A DNA stretch of 64,000 bases from a virus: IMG/VR virus record IMGVR_UViG_3300015078_000001, positions 18,468-82,467 of that record; one strand, written 5' to 3'. The notes beneath the pieces were generated by a model. That model ran no database searches, was not told the origin of the DNA, and saw only the letters and a program-made list of their open reading frames with translations. Position numbers and translations under genes: made by a program. This document shows positions 19,293 through 30,000 of this stretch, piece after piece. The first letter of the stretch is position 1. Each line of letters begins with the position of its first letter.

Positions 19293-19478
19293 TTTCTTAG
19301 GATGTGGATAATCTAGTCTGTCTTGTCATTGTGGACAGACGATAAACTATAAATTTGATGACAACTACTTGCGGAGTAGGTGGGACAATACTCAAAATTT
19401 ATTAATTAGTTCCCTTTATTCTTAATTAGTAGTTGAATTATTAGTAATTAGTTATTTACCGATTATCGGCCTAAGAAA
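19293..19478 (+). ncRNA. Putative pseudoknotted RNA
   Basis: 9-bp enclosing stem, 7-bp hairpin, and loop TTGTCAT complementary to ATGACAA at 19358-19364. Confidence 0.45.
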
Positions 19479-20009
19479 CAGGAACAGGGATTAAGTTCCC
19501 TGTCTCCTGCTGAGATGTCCATTTACCGGACATTTGAGCAGGAGGGAGTATGAAGAAGATTATCACTATTTCATTTACTTATAACGATCCAAAGCACTTG
19601 GATAACAGCGTAATTGAAATGCTGCACATTCTCTATAGGGGAATAGTTACTACATTTAACTGGTTTATTGCTTCATCTTTTAAGGTTAGAGATGAAGAGT
19701 AGTTTCTCGACTCAGCCTATTATATAGTAGGCTGCGATGGGGGAATTATGAGAAAATTTGCAGTAGAGATCACTCTGTCCGATGAAGATGTACAAGCAAT
19801 AGCAAATAGCTATGGGGAAAAGAATCTGTCCGATTCTATCCTTCGTCATGACGTACAATCTGTGTATGAGGATCACGTTGAATTAGTAAAAAGCAGGTAG
19901 TATGAAATACTCTCATATTCATGCTTCTGACCATCTTACCTAATTGAAAAGAAGTTTAACATAGTAATTTTTGAAGATTACAGACTTTATCAAAAACCCT
20001 GGAGGTAAT

Positions 20010-20453
20010 ATGAACGCACAAATTGAACAAGCCCTGAAAGATTGTAGAGAAGCCTGGGCACAACATCCCGAAGCAACTATCGCCTGGTGTTGTCACCATG
20101 AAGTACAGATTGAGCCGTTAGCCTTTCCTGTTGAAGAACGTATTGAGTATATTTTAAACAATAAACCTGAACAGGAAAGAGTTTTACGGTTTACTAATTT
20201 CCGACCTTTTATCGGTACGCTACCGAGAGGAATGCAGAAAGCTGATGCTGACTGGCAGAAAGCTTATGCTGACCGGCAGAAAGCTTATGCTGACCGGCAG
20301 AAAGCTTATGCTGACTGGCAGAAAGCTGATGCTGACTGGCAGAAAGCTGATGCTGACTGGCAGAAAGCTTATGCTGACTGTAAAGATGAAATCAACGTCC
20401 TTCATCAACAGCAAGTTCCAAACAATACCTGGAACGGAAAGAGTATCTTTTAG
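20010..20453 (+). CDS. Hypothetical protein with heptad repeats (QKAY/DADW/R)
   Basis: GGAGG RBS; seven 7-aa repeats. Confidence 0.75.
   Translation: MNAQIEQALKDCREAWAQHPEATIAWCCHHEVQIEPLAFPVEERIEYILNNKPEQERVLRFTNFRPFIGTLPRGMQKADADWQKAYADRQKAYADRQKAYADWQKADADWQKADADWQKAYADCKDEINVLHQQQVPNNTWNGKSIF
20234..20380 (+). repeat. 7 x 21-bp in-frame tandem repeat
   Basis: GCAGAAAGCT(G/T)ATGCTGAC(T/C)G x7. Confidence 0.95.
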
Positions 20454-20693
20454 CTAGTTTTTCGACCTAACTTTAATTTATTAGAGTTAGGATGGAGGAA
20501 TTACCTATGTCACCTAACTATAAACAACGTCGTGAACTGAAACACGCAGAGTATAACCGTTTGCGTAGCCTTAACGTCGGAACCAAAGATATGTCGGCAA
20601 GGTTGGGTAAGGGAAGATGCAGGCAAATGATTCAGAAGATTAAGTAGTTTTTCGACCAAATACATATTTATTGTGTATTTGGATGGAGGAATT

Positions 20694-21358
20694 ATGAAAA
20701 CAAGAACAAAAGTAAAGAACGCGCTATCAACTGTCTCCGATATGATGGTAGGAGATTTGGGAGGGGAAGAGAGTAAGTTTTGGCATATTATCTCAGCCCT
20801 TCGTGGGCCTGATTTGGATAGTCATGTAATATATAAACTGTCCGAAACAGAAACTATATATGCAGATCAATTGAAAGAAGCTGTTACCGCAGTAATTCGA
20901 TATAATCTTGGTCTTTTCCAGGATAATTCCGGAGGATGTATCGTTCGTACAGATACTGAAGAGTTTGCGGAGATACGTAGGAAATTTAACAAGGGTGGGC
21001 ACGATATCTGCCGGCATTTTCTTTCCCACTCTAGGTTGGCTTTTGAAGCTCTTGATCTTAAATGGGATGAAGTTAATCCCGATCTTCAGGGAGAAATTAG
21101 TTATAAGGTTTAGGAGAAAAGATGATTTTAATGATAACTATTGAAGAAATTTGTGAAAAGGGTTTGTGGGATGAATACTGTGAACTATCAGGCACTAATG
21201 TTTGGGCTAGAAATGAAGGCCAGATATTAAGTACTGATACAGTTAACGTCCCTGAAAGTATGATCTGTAAGTTTATGCCATACCGAGAATATGTAGAAAA
21301 AAGCCGAAGAGAGTGTGGTTGCGGCGGGTTTCATGCCGGTTTTGAAAGATGTGATTAG
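20694..21358 (+). CDS. Two hypothetical genes (20694-21113, 21122-21358)
   Basis: ORFs with RBS. Confidence 0.6.
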
Positions 21359-21421
21359 TATTGATCCAATACCTGAAAAGGTATTGGGCTGAGTACTAAA
21401 ATCGTTAATCTTGGAGGATTT

Positions 21422-22051
21422 ATGATTGTTGGAATGAATACAGGTAACACCGCGCTTCAGACTGTTTTGGCTGCTTTGCAAACTTCAACCTTTACCTTTC
21501 AGCTTACAGGTAGCAGGTATTTCCAAACTCATAGTGAGTATTCTGACTACGACTTCTTTGTGCAGGATGATCTTGGAAGTCATTACGGTACAAGCAGTGT
21601 TCGTGGTTTTCTGTACGAGAATGATTTTAGCCATGAGTTTGTATCGAATATGGATTACAGTGACGACAAGTCTGTTAATGATGTTTATAAACATTCTTGT
21701 GGTGTTCATATCCAGATAGTGAAAGATTTTAAGGTGAAAGAAGCTGCTCAGATTGAGTTGTTTGTTAATGGAGTAGGTCTTTATCTTCGGGATAAGAGTT
21801 TTGCCAAAGTATTGTGGAAAATGGCTATTACTTTTGCTGAGAGAAATAAGCCCGTAAAGCCCATTACGGCAAGTTATTTGTTCAATGATGATGCCTTGGC
21901 TATTATCAGAGAGGTGTATCCCGTTTTTCCGGGGTTTGGGAAAACGAACAGTTTGTCAGCCAATAAAATTTCAGCCATTGGGCTTCATAGAAGGCTTACT
22001 GGTATGGGATTAAGAGAAAGCAAAGATGAGGTTGAATCTCTTCTGAAATAG
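21422..22051 (+). CDS. Nucleotidyltransferase-like domain fused to a ribosomal L7/L12 CTD-like domain
   Basis: LTGSRYF...SDYDFF (GS...DxD) and C-terminal NKISAIGLHRRLTGMGLRESKDEVE. Confidence 0.6.
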   Translation: MIVGMNTGNTALQTVLAALQTSTFTFQLTGSRYFQTHSEYSDYDFFVQDDLGSHYGTSSVRGFLYENDFSHEFVSNMDYSDDKSVNDVYKHSCGVHIQIVKDFKVKEAAQIELFVNGVGLYLRDKSFAKVLWKMAITFAERNKPVKPITASYLFNDDALAIIREVYPVFPGFGKTNSLSANKISAIGLHRRLTGMGLRESKDEVESLLK

Positions 22052-22096
22052 TCTTGACGTAGTGTCCATTTACTGGACATTACGATGAGGATTATT

Positions 22097-22405
22097 ATGA
22101 AACTATGGTTAGATGATATTCGTGATCCTTTAGAATATGGTGCTATCGGTTTTATATGGGTAAAGACAGTAGAAGATGCTATCACTATGCTTAAAACAGG
22201 TGAAGTGTCTTTTGCTTCTTTAGATCATGATTTATCTATACTAGCTACATTAGGTAATTTTGAGAAAGAACAAACAGGATACGAATTAGTTTGCTGGATG
22301 GAAGAAAATAATGTTTGGCCCGTAGATGGGGTAAGAGTACATTCTATGAACCCTATCGGTCGTCAAAGAATGGAAAAGGTAATAAGAAGAGCTTATGAAA
22401 CCTAA
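22097..22405 (+). CDS. Cyclic-phosphate-processing receiver-domain protein
   Basis: LWLDDIRDP, SLDHDL, TGY and HSMNPIG motifs. Confidence 0.75.
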   Translation: MKLWLDDIRDPLEYGAIGFIWVKTVEDAITMLKTGEVSFASLDHDLSILATLGNFEKEQTGYELVCWMEENNVWPVDGVRVHSMNPIGRQRMEKVIRRAYET

Positions 22406-22564
22406 ATATACCTGCAAAAGCCTTATACAATTCGTTAAGGATGGCGAAACCTTTAGCGGTAAAATTGTCGAAATTACATTGTTTCGTCGGGAAAACAGTA
22501 TTGGATATGGTGTTCGCAGCCTTGACAATACTGAACTTCTGTACATTGGAGAGGAGCAGATTAT

Positions 22565-22804
22565 ATGAGCGGAACTATGAAAATGAAACACCCTAAACGG
22601 GGTGGGTGGAAAGGTGCTAAGAAGTCCCGGCGTAACTTTGATTCTGCTGTTGCTTTTAAAGAACATCAGAAGAAAGATAGAAAGAAGCAGGTATGGGTTG
22701 TATCTCCCGTAGGTATTAGGGAAGAATGGTTGGAACCTGGTAATTTTTGCAATGAAAAAGGTGTACGAAATCTTATGCCTTTGCGTACTAAGGTACCTGC
22801 ATAG
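22565..22804 (+). CDS. Basic hypothetical protein
   Basis: 79-aa ORF ending at a family B hairpin. Confidence 0.5.
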   Translation: MSGTMKMKHPKRGGWKGAKKSRRNFDSAVAFKEHQKKDRKKQVWVVSPVGIREEWLEPGNFCNEKGVRNLMPLRTKVPA

Positions 22805-23081
22805 TTTTGATCCTGTGTCCATTTTCTGGACATAGGGCTGAGAACTAAGGAGGAATTGTGGAAATAACAGAAGTAGATAATTTGATATTCAACATGGCTT
22901 CAGGTCTTTTACCAGAAGATTTGACAGAACATGAAGTATCTCTTTTGCGTACTATGTACGGTGAAAATTGGTTTGAGAATATGGGCTATACCGAGCCTAA
23001 GTATAAAAAGTCAGTTTATTAGTTTTGACTTAGTGTCTAGGAAATGGACATTAAGATGAGAACTAATGAGAATTAGTTTAT

Positions 23082-23160
23082 CGCGCCTTAGTCCAATTTG
23101 GTAGGAGACAGAGAACTTAAAATTCTCCCAGTGTCAGTTCGAATCTGACAGGCGCGACCA
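23082..23160 (+). tRNA. tRNA-Leu(UAA) with short variable loop
   Basis: CGCGCCT/AGGCGCG, A73, CCA; anticodon loop CTTAAAA; GTCAG-TTCGAAT-CTGAC; 5-nt variable region. Confidence 0.85.
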
Positions 23161-23174
23161 ATTTTAGGAGAACA

Positions 23175-23711
23175 TTGAAAACAACTATTGAATTCTTTCG
23201 AGTTTGGCGTTCAGAAACTATAGAGTATTTAGGCGGAAAATGCGCTAAATGTGGATCAACAGAGAAATTAGAGTTCGATCACATAAACCCTGAAGATAAA
23301 TTGCTCGATTTAGCCCATAGTTGGGGTATGGCTAATAAAGCTTTACTTCAGGCTGAAATAGATAAATGTCAATTACTATGTCATGAGTGTCATAAAAAGA
23401 AAACAAATCAGGAAAACTCCCTTAGATTTAAAAAAGATCGTTCTTTATGTCACGGAACTACATCACAATATACGAGATATAAATGTAGGTGTGAGTTATG
23501 TCGTAAAGCATATTCCGACTGGAAAAAGATTTATTTAGCTAAAAAGGGTGTTACTACCGGAAACGATCAATATAGCTTACCCGTTCCTCATGGTTCCAAA
23601 CGATCATATAGCAGAGGATGTAAATGTGATTTATGTAGAGCGGCTAATGCTTTATATAATGGTAGCTGTACAAAAGGTATTAAACTATCTTCTATAGAGA
23701 GGATAGTTTAA
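23175..23711 (+). CDS. HNH endonuclease
   Basis: CAKCG...LEFDHINP...CQLLCHECHKKKT plus two C-terminal HG..Y..GCxCxLC repeats. Confidence 0.85.
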   Translation: MKTTIEFFRVWRSETIEYLGGKCAKCGSTEKLEFDHINPEDKLLDLAHSWGMANKALLQAEIDKCQLLCHECHKKKTNQENSLRFKKDRSLCHGTTSQYTRYKCRCELCRKAYSDWKKIYLAKKGVTTGNDQYSLPVPHGSKRSYSRGCKCDLCRAANALYNGSCTKGIKLSSIERIV

Positions 23712-23714
23712 ACT

Positions 23715-25324
23715 TTGATTTATACCGATTTTGTCAGTATAAATGAAAGTTTTGGAGGTAGCATGAGTTACGGTACACCACTATTGATGAACAGAAGTAT
23801 TCCGTTTCTTCGATTCCATAAACCTGCTTCTAATCCTATAAAATATAAATCTCATAAAGATTCCGCCCATCAGGGTAAGTTTGATAAAACTTGTCAGGCG
23901 TGTAAGGAATTACGGTATAGGAGGAAGTAATGGAAATTTTAATTAGGATATTATCTGGATTAATATTTATAATAATTATAGCTTTAGCGATGCTTTCTAG
24001 TAGCTATATTATTATAAGTATAGCTATTTTTATTCAAGAATACAAATGGAAATCATTGATTGTACCTGTTATAGTATACATTGCGTATCTGTTGGGCGGT
24101 GTTGTGTGGAAATAGTATACAGAACTCCTGTTATAGTAAGTAATGATGATGAGGAAGAAATAGCTTATCATCGGAGAAAGAATATGAAAGTACTCAGATA
24201 CGATGATATAGAGGTAGAAGACGGTGGAGCTTGATAATGACTTGGAAGAAATTAGAGTATCTGACGCAACTCCTTCTCTCGTATGTACTTTAGTATACAT
24301 GATACAACGGTTGAGAAATGAGTTATCAGAACAAAGACATGATTTAGTTTGTGATATCTTAACTGATGGGTTGTGAATGTCGCAGTAAGGGTAGTTTACT
24401 ATCTTTACTGAGGTATTTATTATGGGATGGTTAATTAGTATAGCGTTAGTATTAGCTTTTTGTTTGGGAGTTTTTATTGGCGCAGGTATGGCTTTACACG
24501 ATGTTCGTATAGGTCGATATAATCCAATTACCCGTAAATTTAAATACTAGAGGTATTTATGTCAAGAACAAAACGACATGTTCCGCACTGGGCCACTCCT
24601 GAACAGCTTGCAAAGCTTGTAGAGTATGTTCGGCCTAAAATTATACCTGAACGTGCGGCTTTCTATCACGGTTATGATAAAATGGGTAGGAAATCTTCTA
24701 TCTTAAATCCGGATGATAGAGAAGAAGTTTGGGGCGAGAAGAATAAGCGTTATCTCCGTACCAAGCTTTCTCGTAAGGTACGCAGATATGGGAAGAAGTT
24801 AATTCAAGAACAGTTAGAAGAAGATCAAGAGTATTGGGAAGAGTTAATTAAAGAGTTGGATAGTTATTTTGAGGAAAGTGGTTATATGTATTTACATATT
24901 TAAACCTCGCGCATAGATGTCCATTTTCCGGACATCCTTGCGGGGTGTTTAAACAGCACTCCTGGTCAAGCCATAGTCACCCAAGTATATCCCAACTATA
25001 CTTGGCGGGGCTGACCCCAATTAGATAGTGCGTATTGATTGTTTCGTATATTTATTTTGCATAGTCTAAGGGTTGCAGAAAAGACAACCCTTGGCGGTAT
25101 GCAAGGAGGTAATGTGGAAAATAGATATTCTGTAGGTAGCTGTGATCCGTGTTATTGGGTCGTGGTATCAGTTTGGGCCGGGAAACTCGGTAGTATTTGG
25201 CTCGTATAGTGTTAAAGATTGCCGATACGTAGCCGCCCATTTGAATAACGGCAGACCTTTGGAAGAAGTAAAGAAAGAGTTAGAAGCGATAAAGAAAGAA
25301 GAATCATTGAAATATTCCGCATAA
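23715..25324 (+). CDS. Cluster of small hypothetical genes (including 23930-24115, 24559-24903, 25142-25324)
   Basis: Co-oriented short ORFs. Confidence 0.45.
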
Positions 25325-25357
25325 CCTGCGGTATTTAAAAATTATTAAAGGAGAATT

Positions 25358-25714
25358 ATGTCACAGCCTACGTATGAAGAACTTCTGGCGAGAGTAAAAG
25401 AACTGGAACAGGCCGGCAAGAAGCCTGGTATCCGTAAACCTATTGAACTATTCGTAACTCCTGAAGGTCTTCTTCAGGTAAGGAATGTGCTGAAGAATGG
25501 TACGGCACATAATCTGGAACCCGAAGTGCCAGAAGTATTGTTTAACCATGCTCCCGCTATTTTGGAGTTTGTTAAGAAGCATTCAGATATCCTTACCTTT
25601 GGTACCGATACTGAAGAAGTACAGGTAAGTAAGAGTAAGAAACGTCAAACTCTAGTTAACGCGGGTAGTTTGATTGTTCGTAAACCAAGGGAAAAGAAAG
25701 AAGTTGCTGTCTAG
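25358..25714 (+). CDS. Paralog-like relative of the 16017-16421 protein
   Basis: MSQPTYEELLARVKELE coiled coil, followed by a beta-rich segment and a similar C-terminus. Confidence 0.6.
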   Translation: MSQPTYEELLARVKELEQAGKKPGIRKPIELFVTPEGLLQVRNVLKNGTAHNLEPEVPEVLFNHAPAILEFVKKHSDILTFGTDTEEVQVSKSKKRQTLVNAGSLIVRKPREKKEVAV

Positions 25715-25756
25715 CTTCGACTCGGTACACTTTTAGTGTACCGCGATGGAGGCTAT

Positions 25757-26101
25757 ATGATTACTTTGGCAACATTGGCCACAGCAACTAAACAGGAAGT
25801 GTTCGACCAGGTTAAAAACCATCTTCTTTCTCAAAAGAAAAAGGCAGTTAGTGAATATGGTAGCTGCTATTACAGAGTATTGAAAGACGGTAAAATACTC
25901 AAATGTGCCGGAGGGTGTCTTATCGCAGATGATGAGTATAACCCACATATGGAAGGACGTTTGTGGGGTACTCTTCCAGATATTACAGATTACCATGCAG
26001 AGTTTATTTCAGAACTTCAACAGATACATGATAAAAATGATCCTGATAAATGGGAAGGATTACTGAAAATTGCAGCTACGAAGCATGAATTAGCGTTTTA
26101 A
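25757..26101 (+). CDS. Hypothetical phage protein
   Basis: CYYR...CAGGCLI motif; GGAGG RBS. Confidence 0.65.
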   Translation: MITLATLATATKQEVFDQVKNHLLSQKKKAVSEYGSCYYRVLKDGKILKCAGGCLIADDEYNPHMEGRLWGTLPDITDYHAEFISELQQIHDKNDPDKWEGLLKIAATKHELAF

Positions 26102-26413
26102 TTTCGATTCAGCCTATAGTTATATAGGTTGAAATGGGGGTTAAAATGGGCGTATCTAATTCAATAGTTGAATCTATAGATTCTAAAACTCATATAGGGT
26201 GTCCGGGTGTTTTAGTAATAAGTACAGAATATACAGAAAAGGGCGAAAAATTTGATGAAAGATGGTACCAAATTGAAGCAGATAAAATTACTACTTTTTT
26301 AATACGAATTTTTAGTATTAAAACTATACGTTGTATTGCAAAAAACCTTGAACATTATTTATAGTCTTTCGAGCAAATGTCCATTTTCCAGACATTTGTT
26401 GGGGAGATTAAAA

Positions 26414-27085
26414 ATGTTAATAGGTAGAGGAAGACATGAAGAAGTGATGGGATATCAGTTTCAGGACCATGGCTTATTTACCAAAGCTTTAACTCATAAA
26501 AGTTTTAGCTTGTTAAATAACGAAAAGCTTGAATTTCGGGGTGATTCTATCCTCGATTTTGTACTAACAGACTGGTTGCTTACTAAGTTCCCTGATAAGT
26601 CCGAAGGTGATTTAGCTAAGCTATGGGATAGAATGGCATCGGCCCATAATCTTGCGAGAATTAGTAAAGAAATTGGTCTGGATAAGTGGATAATTAAGAA
26701 GCAGCATGTACCTATATCCGATCAGTTACTTGCCGATACACTAGAAGCTGTTATCGGAGCTATTTATCTTGACGGAGGATTAGAACCTGCTACTTTGTTT
26801 ATCCATAGATGGGTTACTAACATCATACCCGAATCTGTAGACTATAAAACTCAGTTACAGGAAAAAACCCAGGCGTTTGGATATACCCCTGTATATGAAA
26901 CAATACAAAATACAGCTTCTCAGGGAAATAGATTGGTATTTACGGCTAAACTAGAAATTCCCCAGAGAGTTGTTCGGCGATATGATGGCGAGCTACATGA
27001 CGTTGTTATACGGTTTCTTGCAGAAGGTTATACCAAGAAAGAAGCAGAACAGAACGTAGCTAAAAAAGCTTTGGAGGTATTATGA
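26414..27085 (+). CDS. rnc: Ribonuclease III (catalytic domain plus dsRBD)
   Basis: ALTHKSF..NNEKLEFRGDSIL, ADTLEAVIGAIYLDGG, DYKTQLQE, GYTKKEAEQNVAKKALE. Confidence 0.93.
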   Translation: MLIGRGRHEEVMGYQFQDHGLFTKALTHKSFSLLNNEKLEFRGDSILDFVLTDWLLTKFPDKSEGDLAKLWDRMASAHNLARISKEIGLDKWIIKKQHVPISDQLLADTLEAVIGAIYLDGGLEPATLFIHRWVTNIIPESVDYKTQLQEKTQAFGYTPVYETIQNTASQGNRLVFTAKLEIPQRVVRRYDGELHDVVIRFLAEGYTKKEAEQNVAKKALEVL

Positions 27086-30000
27086 GCGTGGAACTGAAAA
27101 CTACTGTGGCAGGATTTACTATAACCGCCGATAGTTTTGAGCCGAAAGAAGACGGGTCTGCAAGAGTTTTTACCCTTGAAAAAGTTAATTGGAGAGATGA
27201 GTTAGAGATATGCAATAGACCCGCTACTTTGGCAAAGGCATTACGAGAAATAGCGGATTGGCTAGATACTTTTCCAGCTAGTAAACCTTCTACTATATTC
27301 TAATTCTTACCCAACCTGTAAAGGTTGGTGGAGGAATTATGTGGAGACTTTGGTGGTACCGTTTCAAGTATTTTATGAAACCAAGAGTTCAGTACATAGT
27401 AATTACTAAAACTGATAAACAAGATTGCTATGACGAGATTTTAGTTCGTAAATCTGTACAGCTTAGTATCTGTCCGGAAGAAGATGGTGATTGGTTTGAA
27501 GATCAGTATTTTCTTGCTAATGTAGAAGATATCAAACAAGATGCTCTGACCATTCGAGCTAAGTTGCCTACATTTGAATTAGGTGAGATTCTTATAGTTA
27601 ATCGTAGCGGAAGAGAAATAGCAGGAAAAGGTCGTAAATCTGATAAATGGTACGTAGAATATGAAACATTCTGGACTCTCAGAGCTGCTATAAAAAGAGC
27701 TAAAAACATACAAGGATATTAATCTTACCGAAGTCTTCGGACTTCGTGGAGGAATTATGTCAAAAAGTACAAATAGATACGGGCCTGTTACGAAAGTTCT
27801 TCGTAGTGCATTAGAAGCCAATCCTAAACCTTCTCCTGTATTGGTAGCAGAATGGAAGTTTTTAGATAGAGTTAGTAATTTTTTGTTTGGTAGCAGGTAT
27901 TTTAATCTTTCTAGTAAGATCAGGCTGTCTATCCATGAGATTATTAAAGGAGTTTATACTGATCCCGAACCAAGAATGAAATTAGTAAAAGCTAAAATTC
28001 TTTAATCTTACCTGAGTATCCGTACTCAGCGGAGGATATATGTTTATTGATGTTGACTGGAAAACAGAAGTATTAAAACGTTTGGATGTATTGGCGGATA
28101 AACTTGGAACTACAGGAACTTATCTTTGGCACGTATTGGTGAAGCAGGGAATAGTTATAGGAGCTATAGATTTATTTATAGCATCGGTATTTCTTATACT
28201 AGCTATTCTTGCTTTTAAGGTATCTTATAGAGGGTACTCTAATTTTGCTAATGATTGGGATGATACAGAATTTAAACACGGAAGTCGTTTTGCTGTAGGA
28301 TTTATAGCTGGTATTGTTGCTAGCGGAGTATTTTTGGTACATCTTACCGACGGTCTCCAGGAATTGCTAAATCCTGAATTTTATGCCCTTAACACTATTC
28401 TTGAGAAATTTGGTAAATAATCCTACCCTATACTTTGGTATAGGTGGAGGATATAAATATGAGCTTTAATACCAGTTCACTCGGTTCTGCCAAGACTTTT
28501 CCAGGTGGTAGGAAAGACTTTAAAGACTTTCAGGAAATGAGACATTTGGTAATAGAAGAACAAAATATTGTCGATAGTCTGGATGAACCTGCTGATGAAG
28601 TAGCTGCCGGTATCGTTGTAAACAATCCAGCTATGTTGGCCGATGCTATACAAAATACTCAGGAATTGAATGAAAGTGGGGTATAATGATAAAACTAACT
28701 TTATTCTCAGGTCATCCTATTTGGGTAAATCCTGACCGAGTAGCATCTGTACAAGATGTTATTAAAAATGATTCTCGTACAGGAAATGCCCGTTTAATCA
28801 TGACTTCAAGCGAAGTTATTGAAGTTAAATGCTATGCAGAAGTAGTAGTAAATATGCTTGAAGGATAATCCTGCCGATGTCCATTTACCGGACATCGTGG
28901 AGGACTATTATGTTTCTAGACTGGGAAGATGATTACTATGAATTTCCGTTAGGTGGTTTAGATTATGATTCCGAAGAAGAACTCTGCGGAGATGAAGATT
29001 GTCCGTGGTGCTATCCGAGAGACAGTCAATACATTCCTTTGTATTCGTACAGGGTGGAGGGATTATGTTTGGAATAGTAACCGCAGCAGCAGGAGATAAG
29101 AAACAGCTTATAGAAGGGCTAAAACAAGCTGTTCTTGATTTAGAATCAGAAAGCGGGGATAATTTTATAGGAACTGCGGCAGGATGTGACGTAGAAGCCG
29201 ATATTTTTGGTTGTGGGTTTAAGTATATGTCGGAATTTCTAAAGATTAATAAATTGAGATAAGGAGAAGTATGACAGTTGAAGAATTGATTGATATTTTG
29301 CTTGATATGCCCCCTGATTTAGAAGTTATCTATCCTTTTGATGGTACTGTAATTGTAGTTTCTGACGTAGATGAAGGAACAGATCACGTAATGGTTTCAT
29401 AACTTACGGAAGGTTTCGGCCTTCCCGGAGGAATTATGACTGAAAAACCTTTGAATTCACCAGGGCCATTGGGCCACCACTATGGGCCTCTACATCCTAG
29501 ATTATATTCACCTAGTATTCCGGATAAGAATAACGCGTATACAGAGAGATTACAGCCTTTGGAAGAGGGAGAAAAGATTGAATTTCCCTGTAACGCTAAT
29601 ATAATTATCGGTGATATGTCTATGAATGTTTTAGATGTAATGTTGTATAATGGCGGGGTAACTATATTAAACAATGATAAGCAAAAATACGTTCAAACAG
29701 CTAGTATTTGCGTAGCTAAAGAAGCTGTTCCTTTGCTTATTGAGACTCTGCAACGGGCTTTGATTAGTTTTAAACAGTAAATCTTGCTCATGTCCATTTA
29801 CCGGACATGACGGAGGACGTATGTCTAAGAGTAGAAACCATCGGTTAGTAGTTGGACAACTAGGATCAGGATGGGCTGCTATCGAATTAGCTGATTATGA
29901 AGATATGGAATGGGGTTCAGATGTAGCCCAAACGGGTATTGGAAGATACGCAACTAAAGAGGAAGCTATCGAAGAAGCAAAAGGTTGGTCGGAATCTGAT

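Larger units (their letters stand above)
19700..26410 (+). promoter_or_regulatory. Family B junction hairpins (stop-TTTYGAC-[stem-loop]-GATGRGG), 9 copies
   Basis: Copies start at stop codons at 19700, 20455, 20645, 22049, 22802, 23020, 25712, 26099 and 26362 (at 20455 an in-motif TAG just after the gene stop). Confidence 0.75.

Noticed and set aside
20234-20380. Repeat variation as a DGR template/variable region
   Set aside because: Only two variable positions in a tandem array and no reverse transcriptase in the window.
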